From Girardia tigrina (lineage: Eukaryota), in contig MQRK01182058.1 of the NCBI GenBank assembly GCA_001938485.1, positions 1 through 53,261 of the forward strand: DNA of 53,261 nucleotides, given 5' to 3'. Shown here one piece after another: positions 26,101 through 40,600 of this stretch (its first letter is position 1; every line of letters begins with the position of its first letter). The notes below the pieces were generated by a model. The model was not told the DNA's origin and did no database searches. It was given only the letters and a program-made list of their open reading frames with translations. The translations under genes were made by a program, and so were the position numbers.

Positions 26101-29100
26101 TATTAATTTGCTATCTCCATTTATAATGCATATTATTTTATACTAAATTTATATAATTATTAATGAAATATTTGTTTTAATATTCAGGTTAGTGTTGTAA
26201 CAATAAATTTTTGTTAAAAGTGTGATTTGTGTTTTTGTTTCATCTCAATTTGTTCAAACTTACAATTTATAAAATATATACACATATATCTGTAAGGATA
26301 ATTCAATTTATTCCAATTCCATAATTATCCGGAAGACGAATGTGATAGTAATAACTGATTTAAATGATTTCTGTCACATTTGTATCATAAAATCATATTT
26401 ATCAACTACTAAAAGGTCTTTATTGGACCGGACGCACAATAACAGCTCTTTAGGGTCAACAAAGATTTCATGAATGTAGCGGCATTTTTGAAAGCCATGA
26501 CAAACTATAAAGTTAACTCCAAAGATAATAAAATTTAAACAGAATTAGACCTTGTTTGCAAAGGAATCAGATCTTTGCTAGCAGATAATTGAATATTTGT
26601 TACCTTGAATAGATATATATTGCCCCAAAAATTATGCAGACCTTATCACAAGTGTTTAGGTCGGACCCTGTGGTACGGGTAAACATGGATGCCTACTAAA
26701 ACGACATCGCGGTCAACGTGGCCGAAATACCAAGACCGGTTAATAGCAGTACTGCACAGTTTCGGACTAGAAACAAAAGACCCAAATCCTATAGCATTGG
26801 CTGAGTGTTAGGATTGGTGGTGAAGGCGGGTGAAAATGGACGGTTACAGTGGCGGTGTGACAGAGACGTCCCATTGATCCAGAATCGCGGTACTCGATCA
26901 GTTGGTGGGTCACTATCCGGTCTGTGGGTGGCTACGACCAGCGTGCAGCGTCATCAAAGGATTGGCCAGCAACGGGACACAGTAGTGGATCCGCAAATTT
27001 TCGAGACCGTACAGCAGTTGTCGCACCGAGTCCAAATGGAAGATCCAGTTAGGGGCGATTGAGAAGTGCTGTACAGCGAGAAGAGGCGTGTGTGATGCGA
27101 CGCAAGCTCAATTGCGACCGGAATTGGCATCGAAATAAGCGGCGTAGTAGTCAAAGACGCTAGTTTGCTGCGCCCGAAAGACGATAACAATGACATTAAT
27201 TTAGCCGAGCATAACGCAGTGAACCTGGCACTCACAGAGGCGGTCAAGTGAGAAATTCAAGAGTTGGAACTCTTAACCGATTCAACAACAGTGAGTAAAT
27301 GGCTCTCATCGGCGATATCGGAACGCGAGCCGATTAGATCTTAAGCACTCAGTGAGATCTTAATTAGGAGAATAGTTGGCCTTTTCAAACAAGTGGTGCA
27401 AGAAGAGAATATGTGCGTCACAGTAACGCTGGTCCGATCAGAAGAAAACAGAGCGCATGTTCTGACTCGAATTCCAAGTAACTGGTATTCATTGGTGAGG
27501 AGTCCAGTGGTGTTGGTGGTAGTTTCAGTCGGGGGTCAGCAGGAATTGCTAGACGATATTCAGTAACTCCATGAAATACATCACTTTGGTGTGAGACGTT
27601 CAATGTTCCTAGCGACAAAAATATGGGGACCAGGCAAGGTGTCAGAGGATTGGGTTAAAGCAGTGGTTCAACAGTGTGAACGATGTGCGTCGATCGACCC
27701 ATCATCAATCCAGTTGGTGGAAGACGAGCTCTGTTCCGCCCGACTCTCAGGTTGCCCCGAGAATCGGATGGAGGCAACAGGGTTACGCAGTGCTTTATTT
27801 TGATTATGCTGGGCCCTTTGAATCATCATAATATTGAGACTGAATCTCTAAAAGATCGGCTTGATGTTATGGTACTTCAAGCTGAGAAACAGTGCGCATA
27901 AATTGCGTCCCATTACAAAATCAGGCTCGATCTCCGCATATTCCCAAAGGAAACTTCTAATCAGTTGTAAAATTGGATTTCCGGTCTAGCGCTGATTCAC
28001 AAGCAAATTTGATGAACTGACGACACTTGATCCCGTAATGGAACTAGTCGACGGTTCATTCGATCCAGCGATATCGTCGTCGAATTGATCAAAATTATAC
28101 GACAATTTTGAGACAACATTAAACGCTTTGGTTTTTAGTTCGTCAGTAGTAGTCAATCGGGCATCCAACTTGCCCTGTTTATTAATAAAAAATAATTGAA
28201 ACAAACTGTCTTTTTTTCTCAAAATTCAAACTTGGCGATTTAGGTTCCATATTTTCAAAAATAAATCAACCAATTTCAACAAAATACTCAAAAACTCAAC
28301 ATCATTTTTTAATTTTCCATTGCAAAAATAAAATTTAAAGTATGTATTTGAAATATATGATAAGACAAATGTAAACATACCAAAACAAATAAATTGAGGA
28401 CGAAGAATATGAGGCCAATCGAACCGAAGAGTAGCTTGGATAATTGATAATCATCTTCGTTAAAAAATGGTGTTTTACAATGGAACGAACATCCATCAAA
28501 ACCTTTGATCCTGATTTTAATTAAATTAAAAATAATTAAATTACATATATATTTTTTTATTTATAATATCATTAATATTATAATAGTATACATATCAGTA
28601 TATATATTGTTTTATGGAAGATATAACTCATTGCACTGATATAATTTGAGATTTTAAATAATTAATACAGTAAAAACTTATAAATTTTGTTTAATTTTAT
28701 AAAATTTTGCATTACAAAAAGTTTTTGTAAAATTATTAAAATAAAATAAGTTGCTTTTACAAATTTTATTTTTAAAATGTCATATACTTTTAAATTTGAA
28801 AAGTTAAAAGTATTTAAACAATTTGTGTGATTAAAATAATTAAATTTTTGAAATATCCAAAACAGTCGCATTTCAAAATATGTTAAAATTTATACTGACA
28901 AAAATATAATAATTAAATAAAATATTGATAAATAAGAAAATTTAAGTAAATTTAAAAGATTTTAAAATTTGAGAATAAGTGAAATGAAAAAAAATGTTCA
29001 CATATTGTTATCCTCAAAATCAAATTCTTGGAAACAAATTGATCAGAAGTATTTTTTATTAAGTTTAAAGAAAATACTTTTTATTTTGGTGAATCATTAT

Positions 29101-32100
29101 TACTTGCTATTTCTATACGTTTGTTGTTATTATCTAATAGATTATATTAACCATATATATATTTATCGTTTTAAATAAAGTAATTTATAATAATTTTTGG
29201 ATCACAGAGAAATAAATTAGTCTGTTCAATTACATTAAGACATTAAATCTTAATACAGAGTAATGAATGAAAAATTTTGTTCTCATGTATGAATCACACC
29301 TGTAAATTTCATTCATCATTGATTGTTAAAATATTCGCAACGATTTACGGCAAATCATTATTTTAAACCAGAGATCACCAACTCTTTTTGTATACAAAAA
29401 ACTAGAAAATCCGTTATTCTGAAAACGAAGTAAGACACTTTAAAACTATGAAAAGTTAGTTTAAATTTGCATTTCGCAAAAATAATTTTTTTTTTTTTAA
29501 TTTGAAAGTTTTAAAAATGTAAATAAATACCAAAGTTTTAAAATTAAAAATATATATAATATTTGTCTAAAAAGTGTGTTTGTTTTGTGAGGAATACTTT
29601 GAATGTTTGATGTTTTGTGTTTGAATGTGTATGTTGATTTGGAATTGTGTCTCTCCTACCCAGATGGATGATTAATATTTGAATTCTTATTATCTAAAAA
29701 TATGTAATGTTTAAATTTATTTTTAAATTCAAATAATGGTAAAATTTTAAATAAGTTAATTAATTTTTACAATTTTTAATAAATAAATTAAATTAATATT
29801 TTTTAAATAATTAATAATCATTTTAATTTTTATCCAATAAGTTTTGAGTAAATATTTTAATAAATTATTTATTTCTCCGTTTGCTAAAAATAATAAGAAT
29901 TAATTCATTAATCAATTTATTTTAGAATGCACTCGTACGAAAGCTTTGACAAAGATTGCATTAAGGACAATCCAAATTGTTGTGTAAATAAAAATATGAA
30001 AAATCAAATCGGTGTTCTTAATATGTTTGTTAGTTTGTTTGTTTGTGGGTCACGCTTTTCAATGTGAAATTGCGGAGGAACCAGAGTGAATCCATTTAAG
30101 GACGTGGTCAATCTGGATAGCCCGTGTCAATACAATTCTGTCGGTGCAGTGCCGTGGCCGAAAAACGCCCAGAAGCCGATAAAATTGATCGAAAACCGTA
30201 CAAGTCGTTAAATGGTTAAATCAACACTGATTTCGAATAAGGAAACTTTTGATGATTCTTACAAGGAATTTCGTGAAAATTTTTATGAAAATACTAATAA
30301 AATACTAATTAATTTGATAACTTATGATTTATATAACTTATTTACTAATTATATTTCTAAAAATTCATTTAGGTTAAATTTTCAAAATGTCATTACCATC
30401 TGATTTACGGTTTGACGGTCCAGCTCAAATTTTACTATGATCATATATATGGTGAGAGGGGAGGGGGGCAGAATTTTGTAACGTGGGGTGTAGGGGGTGT
30501 TTGGGAAATGTGATGTCAAGTCGAAATGCTCTAGTATTTAGTGAAAGAATTCTGTGACGAAGTGTAATGGGGGGTCAGAAAATTTATATTTATATCGGAG
30601 GGTCAGGCTTTTTGTGACGAAATGTGACGATGGGGAAGGGGTTGAAAATCTGCTAAAATCGCGTGACGTCATTTATGGAAAGTCCCAAAATGCGAAATAG
30701 TGGAGGAACAGTGAAGGAATCCGCGTAAAGTTGAGAAAACTCTATATATTCAGCATTGAGACGGTTCAGTCTGTAGAGCGCCTTTGTCGAAAGGCTCCGG
30801 GAGCCGATTTAACTGACTGACTGTTAAATCAACACAGAATTCGAAAAAATAAATAATAAATTATAATAATTACGATTTAAAAATTAAAACAGAAACTTTC
30901 AAAGTCGAAAATTCAGCTCACCCGTCATACATGAAGGGTCTTTTTCTAGTGAGATTATAAAGAAAACTATCAAAAATTAAATACTTATATAAAAATTAAA
31001 TAAATGTTTACAGTTATAACAATTGTTATATTTTAATAAAAGTTTTGAAATAAGAATTTTAAAATAAATAATAAACGGATTAAACTTTATAATATTTTAA
31101 GAAATAATTTTTTTATTAAAATGCTTATGGTAAATTTAAATTAATTAGTTTTAGGATAAAATTTTAAAAAAATTTTAGTTATAATTTAAAAATTAATTTC
31201 AATTATTTAAAGTTTTAAAATTTATTAAATTTTACAAATTGAATTGGAAGAAAAATGTAATAGATTGATTTTGGCAAAATAATTGAATTAACAAAAAATT
31301 TGTTTAATTATGCGAATACTTGTCATTATTAAAATTTTGGTGTTAAATTATGAATCTTGAATCTAGTGATAATAAAAGTAGCATAAACGCTACTTACAAA
31401 AACGATTCATTGAAGTACATCGTACTCTTGACATTGGAACTTTTTTCGGTCTACCTCAAACAACATTTAAGAAATTTAGAAAATGAATTTTCGTTTAATG
31501 TCGTCTCATATTACGTCGTATTTTAGAAAAGCATTCTCGACCTAGAACGAAGTTTGGCTGTATATATTTCTAACAAATTCTATTGTTACAAGTGTTTCCC
31601 CTAAATTTCATTACATTAATACAATTCATTTTGAAAGATAAAATATATTTTGTCAATAATAAATAAATCATTAATTTACTCATTAAAACATGTTGTATTC
31701 TATATATTCATCATATGCTAAATGATACCAAAACAATTTAAATGGACATTTGTTAATGAAAAATTTTTCAAAAGTTCTCGAACCTTACCAAACTATTTCT
31801 AAATGTGGATAACGTTCCGTGTTGTATTTGAAGCTCTGATAAATAATAACAAATAAATAACAATTTCAGAAAAAAACTTGTATTCCATATGTCAACTCTT
31901 TTGTTATGATTATGAATAGTGTTATCCCTCAAAGAAAAACATAAAGAAAGAGAGCCAAATCCATGCGAATCAGTCCTTGATTCTATCGAAGGTGGTCGAA
32001 ATGAAGACGAATACTATTGCAATTTAAGTAATTCAATCAGAAACAATTTGTCTGTGGGGTACGAGTAACATCCACGAAATTGAAGGATATAATCCAAAAG

Positions 32101-34654
32101 TTTTTCACTAGGCAAACAAAATACTTTCGAACAAAATGAGAATCAAAAAAATAACCAATTCGGTTTGTGCTACAAATCAAAATTTAATAATGAAAAATCG
32201 AATGTGTTAATTCAATTAATTCTCGCGATCAAAATAGAGATAATAAGAAAAAGAAACACAAAACAGAAAATACTATTCAACATCAAATAACAATCGAGAA
32301 AGAAATAGAATCGAAATTACCGAAAATATCCGTTCAAAATGTCGAAAAAAAGAGAAAACAAAGCAAATCGACAATCAAAAAATTGAAATTCAGTTCGAAA
32401 TTTCCGCGGAAAAATTGATAATTAACGAAAATACATCGAATAATTGATTGAATAAAAAAAAGATTATTAATTAAATTATTAAGAAAATAAATAAAAAATA
32501 AACAAATCATCTAAAAAAATAATGGCAATTGTTATCAATTCATATTATGAAATGTTTTTTGATCGTTTTTGGACACATTATTGTGTAATATTTTTAATAA
32601 AATTTTGTTAGATTGTTTAAGTGAAGCAAGGAATGGTAAAAAATTAAAAAAACTTAAATGTTTTCACTTGAGTTGAAATGCTATGTATGGTAGAGATGAG
32701 AGCTTTTTATGTATGTTGGATCCCAACTTCTATAACTCAGTTTGTTTCGCATCGTGATTGCTGTTTTCTGTGTTTCTGCTTTGAACATAGAAGAAGATGA
32801 ACGCTTGCAATTGTGGGCCCACGGGTGCTGGTCTGCTCTCCTGCTCTGCACAGTTCCAGTGCTGTTAATTAGGAGCCCTTCTCTCTTTCTCTTCTTTGCC
32901 CCCCCCTTCACCTTCCACTCAGAAAATGTGCCGTAAAGCACTAAAACTAAATTGTAACAAATCACTGTGTTTACAATAAACATTTTGCAAAAAATAAAAA
33001 ATTATGAAAAGTCTTGAATTGAATTTGAATTATGTGATATTATTATGAATCGATCGAATTTTTGTTGTGTCAGAAAAAAAAGAATTTTTCATGTTTGTGG
33101 AAATGATCAATTTTAAGAAGAATAAATTTTTGATCATCTCAAACGGTTCGGAAACATATCCCTGTCACAAAGTCGTTCTAGCGGACGCGTCTGCAAATTT
33201 CCACACGATGTTCAAGAGCGGCATGAGAGAAGCGAATATGAACGAAATCTCGATCCTATGTATTTCACCGATGTCGATTAATAGATTGATTCATTTTTTT
33301 TCCAGAGGAATGTTAATCGGCGAAGCGAATGTTTGTGAGTTACTGGTGGCTGCTGCGATGCCCCCGATGCAACACGTTGTCAAAAAGGGTTGTGAGTTTC
33401 TCGAGAAGCAATTTCTTCCGATTAATATGATCAAAATTTACGACTTTGCCAACGCGAATAGTTTGACAAAATTGTCGAAAAAAGCCCAGAAATTTATCGA
33501 TTCGAATTTCAATGAAATCGGTCGTTATGATGAATTTATCCATTTGAAACATTGCCAAGAAGCCAAAGTGTTCAATTCGGGGATTCGGCAGACCAGTCAT
33601 TATCGATCAAATTTAACGAGTTACTTCTTTGAGATTCTGTCTCATGTTCCATCGCACTTCATTCGGAGTCAAATTAAAGATTGTAGAATTCTATCGGATG
33701 AGGAATGGGGATGAGATCCCCACCAGTGAACTAAGTGAGATAAAGTTTTGTTCCCGCTACCCGAATTCCGACCCCCAAAGCTAGGGTGTTGTAATCACGC
33801 AAGTGCTGAACTTGCTCTGTTGTCAGCAGCATAAAAATTAATTTTTGTTTATTATCTTTACACTTATGCAAATTATAAAATAAAGTACTGTAAAATTGTT
33901 TAAAATAAATATTAAAGAATATTTCATCAAGTAAAACAAATTTAAAGAAATAAAAACGAACAAAAATAAATCACGAAAGTTACTAAAAGGATTTCCAAAT
34001 GGGATAGAGAAAATATCATAGATATTTAATGACATTCACCACCTAAAAAACCTCAAAGATGGATCTAGTTCCAATGTTTAAACATGGATCCATTGACAAA
34101 TCTATAATCATTTTTGAATAATTTTTACTTGATTTTCGAAAATTATATCATTAGGAATGTTATTTTCAAAAAATTATTTTATTTACTTATTAATATTTAT
34201 CCTAAATTCTAAAACAAAAAATTCAATAATGATATTATCAAGATAATTTAGGAAAACGCTCAATGAAAGAAAGAGTGAAAGCTAACCACAAAGTCTTTTG
34301 AACGGTATTTACCATTGGCCACTGGCAATTATATGAATCACTACTTTGAATCATACGACTATATGATTCAACTGGGCAATCCGGGGGATATTTATCACAA
34401 TCCAATAGAGACGACATTCTGTTCAATAGGGAACTTAAATTATTCGATTTTCCCGTACTGTTATTGATATCGTTGGTGAGTAAAAGAGAACATTCACGCT
34501 TTGTGGCTTGGCAGATTTCCCGAGATGGCTTACTAACAAACCACTCATTATTACTACGGGAACATTCGGGATATTTAATCACACAAAGTATTATCTAGAA
34601 TAACAATGAATTTTATAAGAAGGTTCAATTAATATTTTATTATAAGATCTGACA

Positions 34655-34694
<40 letters not shown>

Positions 34695-37600
34695 TTTATA
34701 AAAAAGAGTAAAATTTATCTAATCCAGATCTTTGGTTACACAATCAAAGTATTTTTCTTGTAATAGCTCTAAATCATACAAGATATTTTATTTTTTGGAA
34801 ACAATTTTTTTATTCAAGTTCGATTCAAAAAAGTCCCGAAATACATTGTATGTGTAAAATGATCACATTATAACGAATCTTCTTTATAAATTTATCACGA
34901 CATAAGATATAACTTTGAAGAAAGATTACCAAATCAAAAGAGAAATATAATAAGTACATCATGATAAAAGTCATCTTATTGATCCAGAAATTCGTAATTA
35001 AATACTAATGATAAGCTAAGTTTTCAGTTTTTAACGCACTATAACATTTTTAAGGCTAATATATATTTGCACTGCAACAAAATATTCTTTATCATTACAA
35101 TTTATCTGAACATATTTTTGACAATTCATGAAAAATACAATTTCAGTGCAAAAATGAATCTTGACAAATTGTTGTTTTAAAACCGAATTGATAAATGTAA
35201 AAAACATTCTTAGCGGAAGCCAGGCGTTTAGTCAGACAATCTGCATAAGAAAGGCGCGCGTAGGAAGTCATGTTTTTATGCAAGAAATACTTGATCAGTA
35301 GGTGTTTTACACTTGAACTGACAAAGACATGACTCGAAATATTGTCTACATCTTGCTGGAAACAAGGGACTTGATGTTTGATATGTGTTCATCATGATTT
35401 ACAACTATAAATAACAATAGCACACTCATGTAGGTAGACAATATAAATTTTATATTATTTTGTATATTTAATCAATATAAGGTTCAAAGTAAAATATATA
35501 TATGCTTTAAATTCGAAAATGTCGAAATTAAAATATTATAATTAAAAATTAAATTGTCTTCGAAATTTATTTCGACCAAATATTTTTAATTTAAAAAACA
35601 CGATTATTAATAATTTTAACTATGTTTTTACTTCATCTGAGTCTGATATTTTAAAATTAAGTTTAGATAATGGGATAAAAACTAAAATTGATTAGTAGAA
35701 TGCAAAATCAAAGATTGAAAATTTATATAAAGCAATAAATTTAGAAATAAATGGGGAGAATAGTACCAAATTAAAAATTATTTAGAAAAGATGACTGAAA
35801 ATTATTTTTTAAAAAATAACAAAATGAAATTAAATGAGGAAAGAATAATAAAATGTTTATTAAAGAAAAACAATTATACATGTGTTTCAAAATTTTACAA
35901 CCGGCCGCATCTGAATTGACTAAGCCACTATTCTTTCTACCACCAATTCTGGCAGCAGATCATGTCAGAAGAGATAATTTTGAACACGCTTTCGAACTGA
36001 TGCATGACCAAATAAAAAAACAATCTGCTGCAGTTGACAGCATCGTGACGGCTGAAAAAAATAGTAATTACCGATTCCGCAATTAAAACTCTGGAAAAGA
36101 TTCAGAGACATAAAATTTTATCAACCTATATAAAAAATATTCACTGTGTTGTGGAGGGGGTAGAAAGAGTAAACAACATCCCACACTGGTTCTTGGACAA
36201 ACTAAATAGACAGGCTTTTGAATTAGGAATCCCAGCACCCACCTCATGGAAAGAAGCGCTCATAACACAGAGCTCCGACTATCTTCTCTCCAGAGAAATT
36301 AGAGTACATCTTAGAATCTATATGTGACAGATGTCACAAACAGTGCAATCGCTATGGCATTGCAGTCAGGCTACTGTGTGACGAGATCTCGTTGGAACTT
36401 CATGACTCTCTAAAAAAATACAATCATGAAGAGGCCAAAAATTAAATCTATAAAACTCTAAAATTACTAAACAATCTAGAGAGCACATTTAGACTTAGAG
36501 ATGCTGATGTTAATTTAAAGATTAGGTTACAAAATATTGTCAAATAAAATACGTTATTAAACTATGCAATTGTCAAAAGTCTTTTTTCGATGAATGACAT
36601 TAAAGTGGCCTCTGCGAACACTGTCAAAAAACTGTCAATATAAAAAAAATAATAATAGCAATGATGATATAAAAACAAATGACTCTATGTCTAATGATGC
36701 AACCAGATCGGTTCTGCCGACTGTTGCTGCAACCAGATCGGTTTTGCCAACTGTTGTAGGTAAATGTGACAATGCTGCTACGACTCCGGGATCCGGAAGG
36801 ACCGAGAGTCGAATAACTGTCGTCGCCAAATTTGCCAATCCGGTTGACCTTGATGATAGTCTTGGACTTATATCTACCGTATCAGCGGCCGATCTAACAA
36901 AAGAAAACATTGCTAATGAAAGTGATAATGACTTATTCTCTGATGCTTCCAGCGTGTCTTCGCGATTTTTGGCTCCAAAAAATAAAAAATATGCAAAAAA
37001 ACACATCAGCATCTCAAAAAAGTCTCTGGTTCTGCCAGACTTTGTCGCAACTAGGTTGTTTCATGTAGAAGGCGATTTAAATTCGGTTTTGACTTCTTTA
37101 ATAAAAAAAGAGATTCATGTGTATTTCCAATCAATTACAACAACACACATTGACTTGCACTGTGCTGCACGCCGGAACACGCGTATATCTACAACTCACT
37201 AAGTAACTTGCCATGTGAGAAGACAGTCACAGCTCTAGTGGCACCACTCATTACTGCCATAAACAAAGTCGTCCCAGACAGAAAAAATAAACCCTATAGA
37301 GTGCGGCTCCCACTGAAGTTCCCCGAATGTGAGCAGCAGACGAACAATAATGACTGTGGTCCTTTTGTCTGCGGCTTTATAAAAAATATGATAAACGAAA
37401 CAATCAACCCTCTCTTTGAAATAAACATAGAAAACATCCAAAAACACTGTCATCAGCTGCGCCCTCATGTATCGGATCGTCCTGTGGGAAGAACTGGGGG
37501 TGGGAACATTTTAGTCGCTGAGATATCTAAAACAAAAGTTTATTCTAAAAAATAAGTCAACAGAAAGTTAATGTATATAATACCAAAAGGGAAACAACTA

Positions 37601-40600
37601 TGAACCTCCGACAATTTGAATATTTCCAAATGTCGAATCTTATTGATATATTACCGCCTAATGATAAGTGGCTTACTTTATCTACACAAGCCACTTATCA
37701 AATTGCCAAAAATAATGAATCATATATAAAAAGTAATATATAACATATAAAATATTTATAAATATAGATAAAGTTTTTTGCCCGTTATGTATATCAGACT
37801 TGCAATGGATTCTAGTAGTTTTTGATGTTAACAACAAAACTACCATCGTTTATAATGTCAAGGAATCCCTAACACTGGAACAAGAACTGACAATCAACAA
37901 CATCAATGTTAATCTTCTCTCCTTCTTTTGACTAGATGGTGAAGGTTGGATCTTGAAACAATCCAATGATCTGCCAACTTCACAAAAATTTCCAGAGAGT
38001 GGATACTGGATTGCCAACTCTATATGGCAATTGTATCACAACCGACCCAACAATGATGTACGAGAAATAATTGACAACATCACTAAAAAGAAAGGTCAAA
38101 AAAATTAGACGACAAGAAAAAACTATTAAAGAAAAGAATAACAGAGAATAGCGTTACAAAAAATCTCAGAGATAATAGTGGCTAACTCCACAAAACGTGC
38201 TGAAGAATCGGATTTGCTCATTACCAACTACATCTTGCAAGCAAGAGTTAAAACGGTTAAAAATCTCAATGCATCAAGAAACACCAGGAACATTAGAAAA
38301 AAAACGGATGTAAATCTACGACATTACTTTAAAATAAAACCGAAAAAGGCCATGGAAATAATTTTAAGTGACACGACTGTTGATGGAGAGCTATCTTTGG
38401 AATCTCTTACAAAATCGCCAAATCAAAAAGCGACTATCCTCCTAAAACAGACTGGAGCAATGCACCAAACATCAAATCTGGCCAAAAATTTCAATTTCAG
38501 CATGTCCTTCCAGAAGAGATTGCCAACATACTCAAGAACACCAAAAATACTAGTCCCGGTATATCAAACATTGGCTATGCATATATTGACTATTGCGACC
38601 CGGGTTGTCAATTTATGGCCACATTATTCAACAATATCATTGATAAGGAGGGAGTCATTCCACCCAGTTGGAAGAAATTCCTAACGGTAATGATCCATAA
38701 ACCCGGCAAGTCAGGAAATTACATGGAGACCAATAGTCCTGTTGGAATGCATTGCCAAGTTGTTCACATCTTGCCTCTGCACTCAACTGGAACAATGGCT
38801 GGTGAAGAACAATTTAATTTCAAAGTTCCAAAAAGGCATCGGATCATCGGACGGGTGCGCTGAACACAATAGCGTCATGAGAATTTTACTGGAGGAATAT
38901 GAACATCTTCACATTGCATTCCTCGATCTAACTGATGCGTTTAGCAGCATTCCAATTAATCATATATTAGAAGTTCTAAGAAGAAATGGTCTACTCTCTC
39001 ATTGCAAATCTGTACTCGGATTGCTCATCAACATATACCTGCAATGATTGTACGACAGAAGACATATCAATCAGGAGGGGGTTAGACAAGGATTTCCTCT
39101 TATGCTGCTGTTCAGCGTTGGAATTGATCCAATTTTGGCTGCACTACAAGATAATGATGCTTTTGGTATCGACACCGAGGCTGGTAAGATTACTTGTCTG
39201 GCATATGCAGATGATATTGCCCTAGTTGCAACCAGCAACTCTTGTTTACAAGCCATGGTTTCATCTGCATGTGACATTGTTGAATGGACTTCTATGAAGT
39301 TCAACCCAGCCAAATATGGATATTTATCAACTCCTCTTATGAATGAATCAATCCATATTAATAACATACAAATACCTATAGTCACAGATGAAGGAGGTTA
39401 CCGTTATCTCTGAGTAGACTTTACCAGAAAGACAAAATTCATTCTTGAACGTTTATTTCTATCAGCTATTAAGGACTTGAAAAATATAACCAAATCCATA
39501 CTATTTCCCTGGCAGAAAATAGAAGCGTATAGAATCTTTATACACTCACGATTCACCTTCTATTTTCAAAATTATAATATACAGAACAGTGAACTTACGG
39601 ATTATGGTCACCAAGATCGGTTTTGCCACAATAAAGGCAGTACCATGAGTCACTTGAGTAATCCCTGTACGCAGTTGGGAAATCGTTGTGAAGTTCATCG
39701 ATGGATACGGTATCGAAAACTACTAAAACATAAAAAAATCACGGTCAAGGAAAGGCAACACTGAAGGCATCTCAAAAAGTGGATTTCTACGATAGATGTT
39801 TACAGCGATTCCCAAAACAACGATTCCCAGAGCAACCTAGGTGAAGAGGGTGTGTGGACACCCAGCTGGATGAAAAACAAAACCTAGCAAAAGGCGGATG
39901 AGCTCATTGGAGCCAATGGTCATCCATACCTGGAGAGGCGATAGGCGCCACCAGGTTCTTTGCCTACTGAGACACTCAAAAAATATGCAAAACCAAGCCA
40001 TAATGCTTGTGCATAATTGAGTGCACTCACGGCCCATCGGCTACTGTACCAAAAAATATTATTCATAATAAAAGAACAAGGATTTACAGAAATATCGATA
40101 ACGCAAATAAATGCTTGGCAAGTTATTAACAAACCAAATAAAAATTAATTGGTATATTGTAATAAGTAAACGAATTACAAATCTGGAGCTGCATTTTGAT
40201 AATGGAGAAATCGATGTCATGGAGTTTATTCGTGGAATTTCTTACAGTTTAAACAATCCAATTGCATTTTAACAGTGTATTTAGAGTTGGAATTTCATTA
40301 AAATGAATTTTTATATCTTATTGACTTTTTTCTATTTTTATATATATTTTTGACGATGAATGTGTTGCGCCTTTGCGTTGTTGTGTTGGAAAATAAATTA
40401 TGAGATGTAGAATAAATTTAGCGATTTCTATTTGATTTTTCTGAAAAAAAATTGTAATTGGATTTGTGTAAAATTTAACGTATGAATTTTAAAATGTTCT
40501 GTGAAAGAAAATATAATTAAATCAATTCGAAGTTTAAAAAATATTTTAATAAAAATGAATAAAAAATTAATAAAGATTTGTAATTTTAATAAAGTGATTT

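Larger units (their letters stand above)
31680..33990. repeat. Dispersed repeat B, copy 1, split by a ~1.93-kb insertion (31897-33830)
   Basis: 31680-31896 and 33831-33990 together match the contiguous inverted copy at 40848-41232. Confidence 0.8.

Noticed and set aside
27760-28250. Short ORFs next to the Gypsy fragment
   Set aside because: No recognisable motif; probably decayed TE sequence.
35310-35450. Hammerhead-like CTGACAA..GAAA upstream of the NeSL element
   Set aside because: The core deviates from CUGANGA and stem I cannot pair; only a short inverted repeat (atattgtctac/gtagacaatat) is supported.
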